Assembly (NCBI GenBank): GCA_034408725.1
Contig: JAWXCN010000174.1
Span: 1-37,321 of the forward strand
DNA: 37,321 nucleotides
From: Candidatus Hydrogenedentota bacterium
Lineage (GTDB): Bacteria; Hydrogenedentota; Hydrogenedentia; Hydrogenedentales; SLHB01
Direction: 5' to 3'
The stretch's first letter is position 1. Each line of letters begins with the position of its first letter. A model generated the notes under the pieces. The model was given only the letters and a program-made list of their open reading frames with translations, searched no databases and was not told where the DNA came from. Of the stretch, positions 36,994 through 37,321 are shown in pieces. The translations under genes were made by a program, and so were the position numbers.

Positions 36994-37153
36994 AGGTTCT
37001 GATGCCGCGTCGATTGAATCGGAGATTTCGGGTTGACGACAGCTCGTCCCCCGTTGGGGCAAGACGATACTCGATCTCAATCGACAGGATTTCCCTTATG
37101 TCTTTTGATTGGGCGAGCAATTCGTCAACTATGCTTTGAGTTGCAGCAGTCAT
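36965..37153 (-). pseudogene. Possible frameshifted remnant of a second addiction-module antitoxin
   Basis: MTAATQSIVDELLAQSKDIREILSIEIEYRL resembles an antitoxin N-terminus. A plausible continuation (PEISDSIDAA) is in another frame. Confidence 0.35.
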
Positions 37154-37268
37154 ACTTCCAACGCTCCAGAACCCGTAACGATAAAAGTGTCTCATATTTA
37201 TGCGATAATCGCAATCCTGCGGGGTACAACGTTTCATAAATGAGTTATCACCAAGGACAGTCCAACAA

Positions 37269-37321
37269 ATGGCAAAACCCCCAAAGCGTCCCCTAAAGCT
37301 ATCCAGCGTCGCGCGCGACGC
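37269..37321 (+). CDS. Possible start of a divergent gene cut by the window edge (MAKPPKRPLKLSSVARD...)
   Basis: ATG with AAGGA upstream and an open frame to the end of the window. Too short to confirm. Confidence 0.3.
   Translation, partial: MAKPPKRPLKLSSVARD

Noticed and set aside
37306..37321. 16-bp perfect palindrome GCGTCGCGCGCGACGC
   Set aside because: Low-complexity CG-rich sequence cut by the window edge, so it cannot be interpreted.

Overview
GC-rich bacterial chromosomal window made mostly of housekeeping and PVC-type accessory genes. The gene mix (DUF1549/DUF1553, two DUF1501, a PVC-type CxxCH heme protein, a Cys-TM-basic C-terminal sorting tail) suggests a PVC-like lineage such as Ca. 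Hydrogenedentes; this is inference only. From left to right: an Ig-repeat surface protein, a PHP-domain protein, DinB, a minus-strand tetrapyrrole operon (ccsA-like, hemA, hemC, cobA-hemD, hemB, plus an unannotated 39-aa hydrophobic ORF), an agmatine operon (aguA, aguB, Na+/solute symporter), DUF2059, HU/IHF, an M50 protease, an archaeal-type valS, a CDGSH protein, a GT-C-like glycosyltransferase, DUF1553, a toxin-antitoxin (TA) insert, DUF1501, a deacetylase/FG-GAP/cytochrome c fusion, a large hypothetical, an MFS transporter, a second DUF1501 and a decaying second TA cassette. No rRNA, tRNA, CRISPR array, transposase or integrase is visible. I see no clear-cut large novel system. The most interesting signals are: at least three distinct families of small palindromic intergenic elements; the missed small ORF; TA inserts with damaged genes directly upstream of both DUF1501 genes; and the candidate C-terminal sorting signal. 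Family assignments come from motif recognition, not database searches.
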